64,000 bases of DNA, from the NCBI GenBank assembly GCA_963783315.1, contig CAWAMZ010000017.1:23725-87724 (forward strand), written 5' to 3'. The position numbers and the translations under genes are program-made. Within the stretch, counting starts at the first letter, position 1; each line of letters begins with the position of its first letter. Of this stretch, positions 41,424 through 51,200 are shown piece after piece. This stretch comes from an uncultured Bacteroidales bacterium (GTDB lineage Bacteria > Bacteroidota > Bacteroidia > Bacteroidales > DASQZP01). A model generated the notes under the pieces. The model worked only from the letters and a program-made list of their open reading frames with translations, made no database searches and was not told the origin of the DNA.

Positions 41424-42884
41424 ATGCTAAAGCAACGTTTACAACAAAAATTACTACAAAAACTCTCTCCCCAGCAGATACAGATGATCAAACTGCTGGA
41501 AATACCTACTATGCAGCTTGAACAACGTATCAAAAAAGAGCTGGAAGAGAATCCTGTACTCGAGGAGGGGCAGCAGGAGGATGATGATATTCAGGAAACG
41601 CCTGAAAGCAGTGAGAATGAGGAAGACACCAATGACAAAGATGAGTTTTCTCTTGAAGATTATCTGAACGAAGAGGATACTCCTTCTTATAAGCTCTCCT
41701 CCAACAATTATTCAAAAGATGATAAACGGGAAGAGATTCCTTTTTCTGTAGGATCCTCTTTTCAGGAACACCTTTTAAGTCAGCTGGGATTGCGCATACT
41801 ACCGGACCGTCAACGTGCCCTGGCCGAATACCTTATTGGCAACATTGATGAAGCCGGTTATCTGAGGCGCAAGCTGGATGCTATTGTTGATGACCTGGCT
41901 TTCTCCCTTAATATTGATACTACGGAAGAAGAACTGCTTGAAATCCTGCGGATCATACAGGATTTTGATCCGGTTGGAGTTGGTGCCCGTGATCTGCAGG
42001 AATGCCTGCTACTCCAGATCGAAAATAAAGATCAGAATGTTACTGCTATAGCCCTGGCAAGGAAAATTCTAAAATATAATTTTGATGAGTTTACCCGGAA
42101 ACATTATGATAAAATAATCACCCGTCTGAATATTTCTGAAGAGGAACTGAAAGCCTCTATTGACGAGATACTAAAACTTAATCCAAAACCCGGCGGATCA
42201 GTCAACGATGCAGGTAATAAACTGAATGAAACAATTACTCCGGATTTTCTGCTTGAATACAAAGACAATGACCTGCAACTAAGCCTTAATGCGAGAAACG
42301 TTCCCGACCTGCGATTGAGCAGGACTTACAGCAACATGCTTGAGTCTTACAATGCCAATAAAAATAATCGTTCCAAACAACAGAAGGAAGTGGTAAGCTT
42401 TGTCAAGCAAAAACTTGATTCAGCCAAATGGTTTATTGATGCTATTAAGCAACGGCAAAATACCCTGATGGTCACAATGGAAGCTATTCTGGACTACCAG
42501 AAGGATTACTTTATTGAAGGCGATGAGACAATGCTCAGACCAATGATCCTCAAAGACATTGCCGACCGTACCGGATTGGATATCTCTACCATTTCCAGAG
42601 TGGCAAACAGCAAATACATCCAGACACATTTCGGCATTTTCCCGCTGAAATATTTTTTCTCGGAAGGATTACAAACCGATACCGGAGAAGAAGTGTCAAC
42701 CCGCGAAATAAAGATGATCCTGAAAGAATGTATTGAAAATGAAGATAAAAAGCGACCCCTGACCGACGACAAGCTGGCAGCAATACTAAAAGACAAAGGT
42801 TATCATATTGCACGCCGCACAGTGGCCAAATACCGCGAACAACTCAATATTCCTGTTGCCCGGTTGCGGAAAGAATTAAGATAA
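41424..42884 (+). CDS. rpoN: RNA polymerase sigma-54 factor
   Basis: Gln/Leu-rich region I, DPVGVGARDLQECL, RpoN box ARRTVAKYRE. Confidence 0.97.
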   Translation: MLKQRLQQKLLQKLSPQQIQMIKLLEIPTMQLEQRIKKELEENPVLEEGQQEDDDIQETPESSENEEDTNDKDEFSLEDYLNEEDTPSYKLSSNNYSKDDKREEIPFSVGSSFQEHLLSQLGLRILPDRQRALAEYLIGNIDEAGYLRRKLDAIVDDLAFSLNIDTTEEELLEILRIIQDFDPVGVGARDLQECLLLQIENKDQNVTAIALARKILKYNFDEFTRKHYDKIITRLNISEEELKASIDEILKLNPKPGGSVNDAGNKLNETITPDFLLEYKDNDLQLSLNARNVPDLRLSRTYSNMLESYNANKNNRSKQQKEVVSFVKQKLDSAKWFIDAIKQRQNTLMVTMEAILDYQKDYFIEGDETMLRPMILKDIADRTGLDISTISRVANSKYIQTHFGIFPLKYFFSEGLQTDTGEEVSTREIKMILKECIENEDKKRPLTDDKLAAILKDKGYHIARRTVAKYREQLNIPVARLRKELR

Positions 42885-42916
42885 AATTTCAGTTCTCATG
42901 TTAGAAACCTTGTTAC

Positions 42917-43525
42917 ATGTTAAATAAAATTGCGAGGATTATATCCGTTGTTTTTCATCCTTTGTTAATGCCTACCTACGGCATCCTTATCCTGTTCAAT
43001 GCTGATGCCTACCTGCGTTTTATGCCTTATGAAGGTAAAAAGCTTATTTTTCTGATCGTATTCCTGGGTACATTTGCATTACCAATGAGCCTGATCCCTG
43101 TTTTTCTTTACAGAAAGCTCATTTACAACATACAGCTGGATACCAAACGTGAACGTTTTTACCCCTTGCTGCTGACTGCCATATTCTATTATTTTTCATT
43201 CTACCTGCTGCGCAGGATACCTGTTCCCGGAATCATTCAGCTATTTATTCTGGCCGCAGGTGCTACCGTATTTTTCAACCTGATTGTTTCCGTTTTCTGG
43301 AAAATAAGTACCCACATGTCCGGTATCGGTGGATTGCTTGGACTAATTTCCGGGTTGATTTACCGCAGTCCGGCTGATCTTACGGTTTATCTTCTAATAT
43401 CCATTCTTGCTGCCGGTTTGATTGGTAGCTCAAGACTCAAAATGGAGGCACATAACCCTTACCAGATATATGCTGGTCTAAGTTCCGGATTCCTGATTGT
43501 TTTTCTGCTGATTGTTTTCAAATAA
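42917..43525 (+). CDS. PAP2-superfamily-like membrane protein
   Basis: VFHPLLMP, WKISTH, SSRLKMEAH..QIYAG. About six TM helices. Confidence 0.65.
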   Translation: MLNKIARIISVVFHPLLMPTYGILILFNADAYLRFMPYEGKKLIFLIVFLGTFALPMSLIPVFLYRKLIYNIQLDTKRERFYPLLLTAIFYYFSFYLLRRIPVPGIIQLFILAAGATVFFNLIVSVFWKISTHMSGIGGLLGLISGLIYRSPADLTVYLLISILAAGLIGSSRLKMEAHNPYQIYAGLSSGFLIVFLLIVFK

Positions 43526-44671
43526 ATCACTTTCAATCCGTTTTTCTGCTTTGAGTGCCGCCTTTTTTACGGTATCATTTATCTGCTCGGGCGGCATGAA
43601 ATATAAACTGTCCCACGCACTCCGGCTGGTTGATTGATCCAAAAGGGAAAGTTGTTCTGCCAGGTTAATCTCATCCTGCTTCATTGTAAAAAACAAACCT
43701 GATTTTGAAAGATATTCAGCCAGGTATTCCTGCTCTGTCTGTCCTGGCGTGGGAATGATCAGGGCCGTCTTTTTTAATGCAATCAGATCCATTAAAGTAG
43801 AATAACCTGCCCGGCATATTACATACTTACTTCTTATTACAAGAGACCTGAAGGTATGATCATCAGTATGATTAAAGTAAGTAATATTCGGGTAACCGGC
43901 AGACAATTCTGCCTCATGCGGAAGACCCCTTATAATGACACAACTCATGGACAATTGAGAAACCTGGTAAGCAAGAATCTTTTCCAGCATAGTACGCTGC
44001 GGTTCCGGCCCGGATAACAGAATCAGTAAATCATCCCTGTCCCCACTGGCATGGATCTCATCTTCCGTAGTATTGAAAACAGGGGTAAACCTGGATAGTA
44101 GCCCGGTAAAAAAAGCATTTGGAGGCAATTTGTACCGATGTGAAAGATCACCTGACAGGTCAGGGAAGCCCGGAACATCCGGAATCCAGCACTCATCATA
44201 ATGCCTGATCTCTATATACCGGTGCAAAAAACTTACTGCCCTTTCAAATACCTTCCATATACCCGGCAGCTTCACCATTATTTGATGGGTGATATATACT
44301 GAATAAACGCTTTTATTCCATAAACCGGGACGGTTATCACTAATAACCAGATCAATTTTATTTTCTTTAATCAGTCTTTTCAGATAATTGTGGTCCCTGC
44401 TTCGGCGTAATAAAAAGCCGGGAATTTGAAAGAAAAGTTTTAATAGTTGAGTTTTACCCGCAGAATACTTTATATTATAAGACTTTAAATTGATGTGAGT
44501 TACATCAGGAAAAAATGATTTTAGTAGTGCTGCCGGCCCACCATCAGCGGCAATGACAACTTCGGCATCAACCGCCAGCAGGTGTTTGATAACCTGTGTG
44601 GTTCTGGCGGCATGACCAAGACCCCAGTTCAACGGGCATACCAGTACGCTTATTTTTCGGTGGTTACTCAA
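43478..44671 (-). CDS. GT-B glycosyltransferase (GT28-like)
   Basis: LNWGLGHAAR, VISDNR, SGPEPQR, CRAGYSTLMD, PTPGQTEQ. Confidence 0.85.
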   Translation of the reverse strand: MSNHRKISVLVCPLNWGLGHAARTTQVIKHLLAVDAEVVIAADGGPAALLKSFFPDVTHINLKSYNIKYSAGKTQLLKLFFQIPGFLLRRSRDHNYLKRLIKENKIDLVISDNRPGLWNKSVYSVYITHQIMVKLPGIWKVFERAVSFLHRYIEIRHYDECWIPDVPGFPDLSGDLSHRYKLPPNAFFTGLLSRFTPVFNTTEDEIHASGDRDDLLILLSGPEPQRTMLEKILAYQVSQLSMSCVIIRGLPHEAELSAGYPNITYFNHTDDHTFRSLVIRSKYVICRAGYSTLMDLIALKKTALIIPTPGQTEQEYLAEYLSKSGLFFTMKQDEINLAEQLSLLDQSTSRSAWDSLYFMPPEQINDTVKKAALKAEKRIESDLFENNQQKNNQESGT

Positions 44672-44705
44672 CTGAATATAAAATAATTGGCCATAGTATT
44701 ATCGG

Positions 44706-45488
44706 CTATGCTGTTATCTCTACATCAAAACCCAGTAATTCAGCCTGTAGTGCAATTTTCTTAAGTTCCTCAGCAGTAATTTTTTGCAATCCGTCAACAG
44801 GTGTATCCCTTGCAAATGTATAAACCATGATCTTTGCCGGGTTTATTTCCCTGAGTACATTTAGCCATGCTTCCACCTCTTCATTTGTTGTATTGTCAAT
44901 TACCCTGCCTTTCACTTCCCCACGCAAAAACAAGGTCTGCAAAATAAAATCGCCATTGAAAAGTTTAAGATTTTGAACGAGCTTATCAAGCGAGAACCGT
45001 CCTGCCGGCCGGTTGATAAACCTGAAGGAGGCTTCCTTTGCCGAGTCAAGTTTCAGAATATTCAGATCCACCCTTTTAAGCGCTCTAAATACTTCCTCCC
45101 GATCAGCATAAGCAGCATTTGACAAAACCGATACTTTTACATCCGGAAAATATGTATCCCGCAGCTTGAGTGTGTCGTCAATAATCTGAGGAAATTCCGG
45201 ATGCATGGTTGGCTCTCCATTGCCTGCAAAAGTAATTACATCCAGCGGCTCACCTTTTTTTTTCATTTCCTTCAGTTTTGCTTCCAGTGCTTCCTGAATC
45301 TCCTGCCGGGAATGCAATCCTCCGGAACCACCGGGTTTGAAAACCTTTGTCCATCCGCATTCACAGTAAATACAATTATAGTTACACATCTTGGTGGTTT
45401 CGGGTAGCAGGTTAACTCCCAATGAGTTGCCCAGACGCCTGCTTTTAACAGGACCAAAAATAATCGCCTCAAATAAAAAAGTAGCCAT
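44706..45488 (-). CDS. Radical SAM protein (TYW1-related clade, function unknown)
   Basis: IFGPVKSRRLGNSLGVN, CxxxCxxC (CNYNCIYC), TFAGNGEPT. Confidence 0.85.
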   Translation of the reverse strand: MATFLFEAIIFGPVKSRRLGNSLGVNLLPETTKMCNYNCIYCECGWTKVFKPGGSGGLHSRQEIQEALEAKLKEMKKKGEPLDVITFAGNGEPTMHPEFPQIIDDTLKLRDTYFPDVKVSVLSNAAYADREEVFRALKRVDLNILKLDSAKEASFRFINRPAGRFSLDKLVQNLKLFNGDFILQTLFLRGEVKGRVIDNTTNEEVEAWLNVLREINPAKIMVYTFARDTPVDGLQKITAEELKKIALQAELLGFDVEITA

Positions 45489-45753
45489 ACAATCATAAAT
45501 TATTATTCAGGGATCAGAAAAAAATTGTGCTACCTCCCCTGTTCAGGACCCAAAGATATAACATTCTGGCCACTGCAGCAGACTGATGTTTACCCTTTTC
45601 ACATCAAAGTGTTGTTGAAAATACTGCTTACCGGCTTTTCATTGCCAAACATTTCTACTAAAAACTATTGGAACCGGTAAAACACAGAACCGGTCAGAAA
45701 AACACCGGCAGCTGAAGAAGCTTTCATAACATTTGACCCACTGATGATATTGC

Positions 45754-45795
45754 TGATATTTATCATTTTATTCATCACAATTCACAGTAAATTTG
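45754..45795 (+). promoter_or_regulatory. Crp/Fnr-type palindrome plus -7 promoter element upstream of hemerythrin
   Basis: TGAT-ATTT-ATCA at 45754-45765 and TAAATTTG at 45788-45795. Confidence 0.5.
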
Positions 45796-45810
45796 TACTG
45801 TTAAATAATC

Positions 45811-46233
45811 ATGCTGAAAATGAATACTATGAAACAACATGAATGGAAAGAAGAATTCAATGTAAACGTTGAATTCATTGATGAGCAACATAAATATTTT
45901 CTCAATTTACTTAATCTTCTCATTCGAATTGTTAAGGGTGAGGAATCAGTCGAAAAAGCAAGTGAGGTTTTCTTTTCCCTGGCCCATTATGCAGAACATT
46001 ATCTCATTCAGGAAGAAATTTATTTTAAGAATTATCAGTTCCCGAAATTCTCGGAACACCAGGAAGCTCATAAAGAATTTATTGACCGGGTAACCAAATT
46101 TCAACATGATTTTGAGATGAACAAAGAGAATAATTGCCGTGAATTGCTTGAATATCTGGAAGACTGGTTTAACAACCACATTCTGGGGTATGACACTGAT
46201 GCAATACTTTTTCTCCGTTCAAAAGGCCTTTAG
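45811..46233 (+). CDS. Bacteriohemerythrin-like protein
   Basis: W...F.V.V..IDEQHK, EE, HQEAH, W..NHILGYD. Confidence 0.85.
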   Translation: MLKMNTMKQHEWKEEFNVNVEFIDEQHKYFLNLLNLLIRIVKGEESVEKASEVFFSLAHYAEHYLIQEEIYFKNYQFPKFSEHQEAHKEFIDRVTKFQHDFEMNKENNCRELLEYLEDWFNNHILGYDTDAILFLRSKGL

Positions 46234-46235
46234 CC

Positions 46236-47018
46236 TTATTTTTTTAACTCATGTATGTTTTTTAGGGGAATGTGACTGACGCGAACATTAATTACCTCGG
46301 CATGTTTTTGCCATTTACCCTTTTTCTGATCGTTGTCAAGTAATGATCCTCTTAAGAAAATTACCGCCGAATCATCCAGCACCTTTGATGTCTTGTAAGT
46401 AGTTAATTTTCCGTTTTTTGCAATCGGAACAGGGGGAAAATTTATTTTATGTCCTTCCGGAGTGCTGTCATTATACCAGAAAAAAGCAGATATATGGGGA
46501 TTTTCAGATTGATCATCCTTGTACATGATGATATCTGCTGAAATAATATATTTGCCCGGCTCTTTTACCGGGATGCCAAAATTAATTTTTGTCTGAGCCC
46601 CATCCTCAGGTAATTTGTATTCTGATTTACCTATCCACAAATTTTCTCCCTGAACAGAATCCTGCTGCTTCATTTTTTCTTTTTGAAGATCACCCTCCAT
46701 TTTGGTCAGATTTGCAATTACCTCATCATAAATTTTATTGAATTTTTCTGCGTGGGCCGTATAATAAGCCATCGTAGTATCATATTGTGCACGGGTTACG
46801 CCGTTCTTCTCAAAAATATACTGCGAATAATTCAATGAATCGATGCGATGATATTTGCCAAGGAAATTCCCTGAGAAAGATACACCATCGGCCAGATGAA
46901 TATCGGTAAGTACCTCAATAAATTTATCTTTTGGAATTAATTTGACCTTTTTCTTTTGCTGCTGGCAGGCAACTAGCAGTAAAAAGGCCAGAAAAAGCAG
47001 GTATTTTCTATAAAGCAT
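46236..47018 (-). CDS. DUF4296-domain lipoprotein
   Basis: Lipobox LLVAC, IP..KF..VLTDIHLAD, IFEK.GVT...YDTTMAYY...IYDEV. Start MLYRK at 47018. Confidence 0.75.
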   Translation of the reverse strand: MLYRKYLLFLAFLLLVACQQQKKKVKLIPKDKFIEVLTDIHLADGVSFSGNFLGKYHRIDSLNYSQYIFEKNGVTRAQYDTTMAYYTAHAEKFNKIYDEVIANLTKMEGDLQKEKMKQQDSVQGENLWIGKSEYKLPEDGAQTKINFGIPVKEPGKYIISADIIMYKDDQSENPHISAFFWYNDSTPEGHKINFPPVPIAKNGKLTTYKTSKVLDDSAVIFLRGSLLDNDQKKGKWQKHAEVINVRVSHIPLKNIHELKK

Positions 47019-47274
47019 GATGACCAGGTTTAATAGGTGCGAAGTTAACAAATTTGAACCAATTTTCCGGTTTGCTGTCATTGGCGGATATTGCACAACA
47101 ATGATCATCCTTATGGCCGGAGGAGGGAATGAAATACAATGGCAGGAAAGTTATAACAGCCCAAACAAGCCCTGCAAAAAGAACAATTTGCAAAGCCTGG
47201 TTAGCTGCTTATAATTCAGTCCTATTGTGTTTGTTTTTCAGGGAAACAATACAAATTAAGTGAACAGCTAAAAC

Positions 47275-48171
47275 CTATTTGAGGGCTTTAAATTTATAAC
47301 CAATCATTATTTCATGGGAACCCGAGTTATACTGCCTGAAATCCGAAATACCCATGTCATAGGAGTAACCAATATATATCTTATTTTCATAGGTATAACC
47401 GGCGAGAAAAGCAATTGCATCCTGGGAACGGTAAGAAATACCACCCCACACCATGTTCTGATAAATTACCTTGGTACTAAAGTCTACCTGAATAGGTGCC
47501 GGGCTGACAGCCTTGAAGATAACCGTTGGTTCAATGGCAAATTCCCTGTTTATATAATATTTATATCCGCCGGTGAGATAAAAGTGGCTTTTCAGCTTGC
47601 TAAGACCTAAGTCGTTAGTGAGTTTTAGTTTGTTGTTTATAAGTTGAGCGGCCGAAAAGCCAACCTGAAAGTTGGATGAATAGAGATATACGCCTACAGT
47701 TGCATCAGGGACATAGGTGCTGTAAATGCCGCTCTCCAGGGATGGATCAGGCACTTCGGTAGTGATTTTGGACCCATCGACTTTGTATTGCATCACCCCA
47801 ACAGCTGCTCCCATTGAAAGTCTTATATCAGGTGTAATAGCAATATTATAGGCATAAGCCCCACTAACTCCCGTTCTGCTGGTAGGACCGGTAACATCAT
47901 TATAAATATAGCCACCAAAGCCCATATCCTTATCCTTGGAGGCGTGCGGCCCATAAATACTGAGCGCATTGGTTACCGGGGGATCTGTTATTCCAACCCA
48001 CTGAAAACGATGATTCGACCGAATCTGATAATAGTTGAAAGTACCGGCTATCGCCGGATTCAGCACAAATGGGTTGAACATATACTGGGTATACAAGGGT
48101 GTTTGCTGAGCAAACAGGCCTGCAGATCCCATTATTCCAACCAATATGATGATAATACTTATCTTTTTCAT
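47275..48171 (-). CDS. sprF: PorP/SprF-family T9SS barrel, cognate partner of the upstream type-B-CTD adhesin
   Basis: QQTPLYTQYMFN..LNPAIAG, RFQWVG, GYSYD..SGSHEIMIGY. Immediately follows the SprB-like gene. Confidence 0.85.
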   Translation of the reverse strand: MKKISIIIILVGIMGSAGLFAQQTPLYTQYMFNPFVLNPAIAGTFNYYQIRSNHRFQWVGITDPPVTNALSIYGPHASKDKDMGFGGYIYNDVTGPTSRTGVSGAYAYNIAITPDIRLSMGAAVGVMQYKVDGSKITTEVPDPSLESGIYSTYVPDATVGVYLYSSNFQVGFSAAQLINNKLKLTNDLGLSKLKSHFYLTGGYKYYINREFAIEPTVIFKAVSPAPIQVDFSTKVIYQNMVWGGISYRSQDAIAFLAGYTYENKIYIGYSYDMGISDFRQYNSGSHEIMIGYKFKALK

Positions 48172-48216
48172 TTGATAAATATGTTTAACAGGGCTATTTT
48201 AAATTCTTTATTCATT

Positions 48217-51200
48217 TTATCTTACAATTGTAACATTACCGGTAACTGCCTTCGAACCAGGATCTTTTCTGATCACATAATAATAGGTTCCCACCGGAAG
48301 ATCTTTACCGTTTCGTGATCCATTAAATACTTTTGTTGAATTATCATAGCCTTTGGACTGGAACACTCTTTCGCCCCAGCGGTTGAATATTTCAACAGTA
48401 ATTTCAGGATATCCGTCTGCATTCTGAATGATCCATGTATCATTAATTCCATCTCCATTGGGCGTAAATCCTGAATATGCCTTCACATCATCCACCAGGA
48501 TAACCATTAAGGAATCGGTTTCCTTACAACCATTTGGTGTAGTTCCGGTAAGGGTATAGAGCTGGGTTTCGGTTACAACCAGATCAGGTGTCATGAAAGC
48601 AGGATCAGAAAGTCCGGTAACGGGTTGCCATTCAAAACTTGTAAAATTACCGGCATCCACCTCAATAGGCCAGGTAGCATCTGCGCCCGAGAAAAGAGTA
48701 TCCTTAAGAATATCAAGCCCTTCCGGAGCATAGGTGTTGATTCTGACCGTATCAGTTGAGTAACAGCCACTTAACATTTCGGTTACAGTAAGTATAAAAT
48801 CCCGTGACCCATTGATGTTAGATACAGTTGCTGTTTTATTCGTTACATTTATTGGTGACCAGCTATACAGAATATTATCCTCATTTCCCGGATTGGGAAC
48901 AATGGTGGATGAACCCTGCAGGATTACATTTGCCCCGCGGCATACTTCATCATCTTTACCTGCATTGGCCTTAACCGTATATTCTGATGAAATGGTAATT
49001 GTTGTATCAATCGCACAACTGTTGGCATCTTCAACATGCATGTTATAGGTACCGGCATACAGGCCCGTAAATGTACCCTGACCATCGTCCGTTATCTGTG
49101 ATGCATTATGGAACAACGTATAATTATACGGTTCGCTTCCCCCATTAACTGCTACGTTACTGATCTTACCCTGAGCCAGATCACTGCAGGTTGCATCTGT
49201 AACATCTGCACTAAACTGTATAGGTGAGGGTTGCGTAATCTCAATTACATCAGCAAACACCTTACCCTGTGCATCAATGGCGTAAACATAGTATGTCCCG
49301 GCATCCAGATTAGTGAAATTACCATTGCTAAGGGTGTCTGTTCCTGGTTTGTAGGTATATTTGATTGGCGGCTGGGCTTTAGGATCAGTCACCATCAAAA
49401 TAATGGTACCATCATTGGCTCCAAAGCAGGAAACATTCTCAACAACAGTACTACCATTCAGTAATTCTTCTGCACCCACTGTTACATCCTCGTGATACTC
49501 ACAGCCGTTTGCATCTCTTACAACTACCGAATACGTACTATCAATCAGGTTGTTAAACAAACTATCCTGACCAAATGTTGTCCCATTGTCATAAGAATAT
49601 TCATAAGGAGGATTGCCTCCGGCCGGGATAACTGCAATTGTCCCCAATGCATTTTCATTGATGTAATTGGTTACTGCAAAGGTTGCGGAAATGGGTGTTG
49701 GTTCCGTAAGTGTAACCGCATCCGGATAAGTTACCATACAATCCAGCGAATCCATCACTACTATATGATAATCGCCTGCTTTCAGAGAATCGAATACCGA
49801 ATCAGTCTGGAAAGTAGCACCTCCGTCAATAGAGTAATTGAGTATTCCTGCACCGCCTGAAGCAATAATCTTTATCGATCCGGAAGAATCACCTGCACAA
49901 GCAACTATATCCGTTTTCTCAACGGCTGAAATGTTAATAACAGCCGATTGAATTATTGTCAGTGTGCTGTCCATAACAGCGCATCCATTGGCATCCACAG
50001 CTGAAATGGTATAGGTTCCGCCGCTTAAACCACTGAAGGTTGAATCAGCAGATGAATTTCCGTCAAGGAAATAGTTATAAGGTTTTGTTCCGCCACTCAG
50101 GTATACCGAAATTACCCCCTGCTGACCAGCTGCACATAAATAGGGTGTGTACAGAACAGAATCATAAACAAATGGCAGCGGCTGCGCAACATCAAGCTGG
50201 CCTGTTGAAATTGTGGCACACATATTCACATCGGCTACTGTAACCGTATAGGTGCCAGCTGCCAGCGAATCAAATACTGCTGGTCCGCCTGCTGTTAATG
50301 AATCGATCTTACTTCCGCCACTATACAGGTAATAACTGTAAGGAGTGGTTCCTCCGGTGGCTGTTGCTGTAATAATACCACTGCTGTCACCGGCACATAA
50401 AATATCTGTAGTACCTGCTGTAATACCAATGGCATCCGGTTCAGACAATGTTACAGGGCCGGCAGTAACAAAACAACCAATGCTGTCCTGTACCACAATA
50501 TTGAAGGTATCAGCAGGTAAACTGTTAAAGCTCCCGTTATTAAAGAAAGTAGCCCCGCCATCTATTGAGTAGATCAAACCTGTGCTTCCTCCTGTGGCAG
50601 AAATATTGATAGCGCCGTCTGTTTGTCCGTTGCAGGTAATGTCAGTAGAATCAATTGAAGTTATCTGGATAGCCGGCGGAGCGGTCAGTGTAATGGAACT
50701 GCTGGCTGCCTGCATACAACCATTGGCATCAACAACAACAATGTCATAGCTTCCCGGACCCAGGTTGGTGAATTTACCACCGTTGTCAAAGAAGTTGGCT
50801 CCCCCGTCTGCAGAATACTGAAGAGTACCAGTGCCGCCTGTTGCATAAACAGTTATCACACCATCATTTATGCCACCACATTTAATATCCGCATATTTCG
50901 TTGAATCTATTACAATCTGGGACGGATTCTCAAGTGTTATCTGATTACCGGTAAGTCCGCAACCGTTGTCATCCGTTACCATTACCTGGTAAACTCCGGG
51001 GGCCAGATTTTCAAAATATCCGGTATCTGATTTAGACGAAGCAATTGTTCCAGGTTCAAGCACATAATTTAAAGTGCCAGTTCCCCCTGCAGCAACAAAA
51101 GTTATGCTTCCGTTATCAGCATTATGACAGGTTATTTCAGTTGAATCTTCAAAAACCATCGTAATCGGTGAGGGTTCGGTAACAGAAACTACAGAATCAA

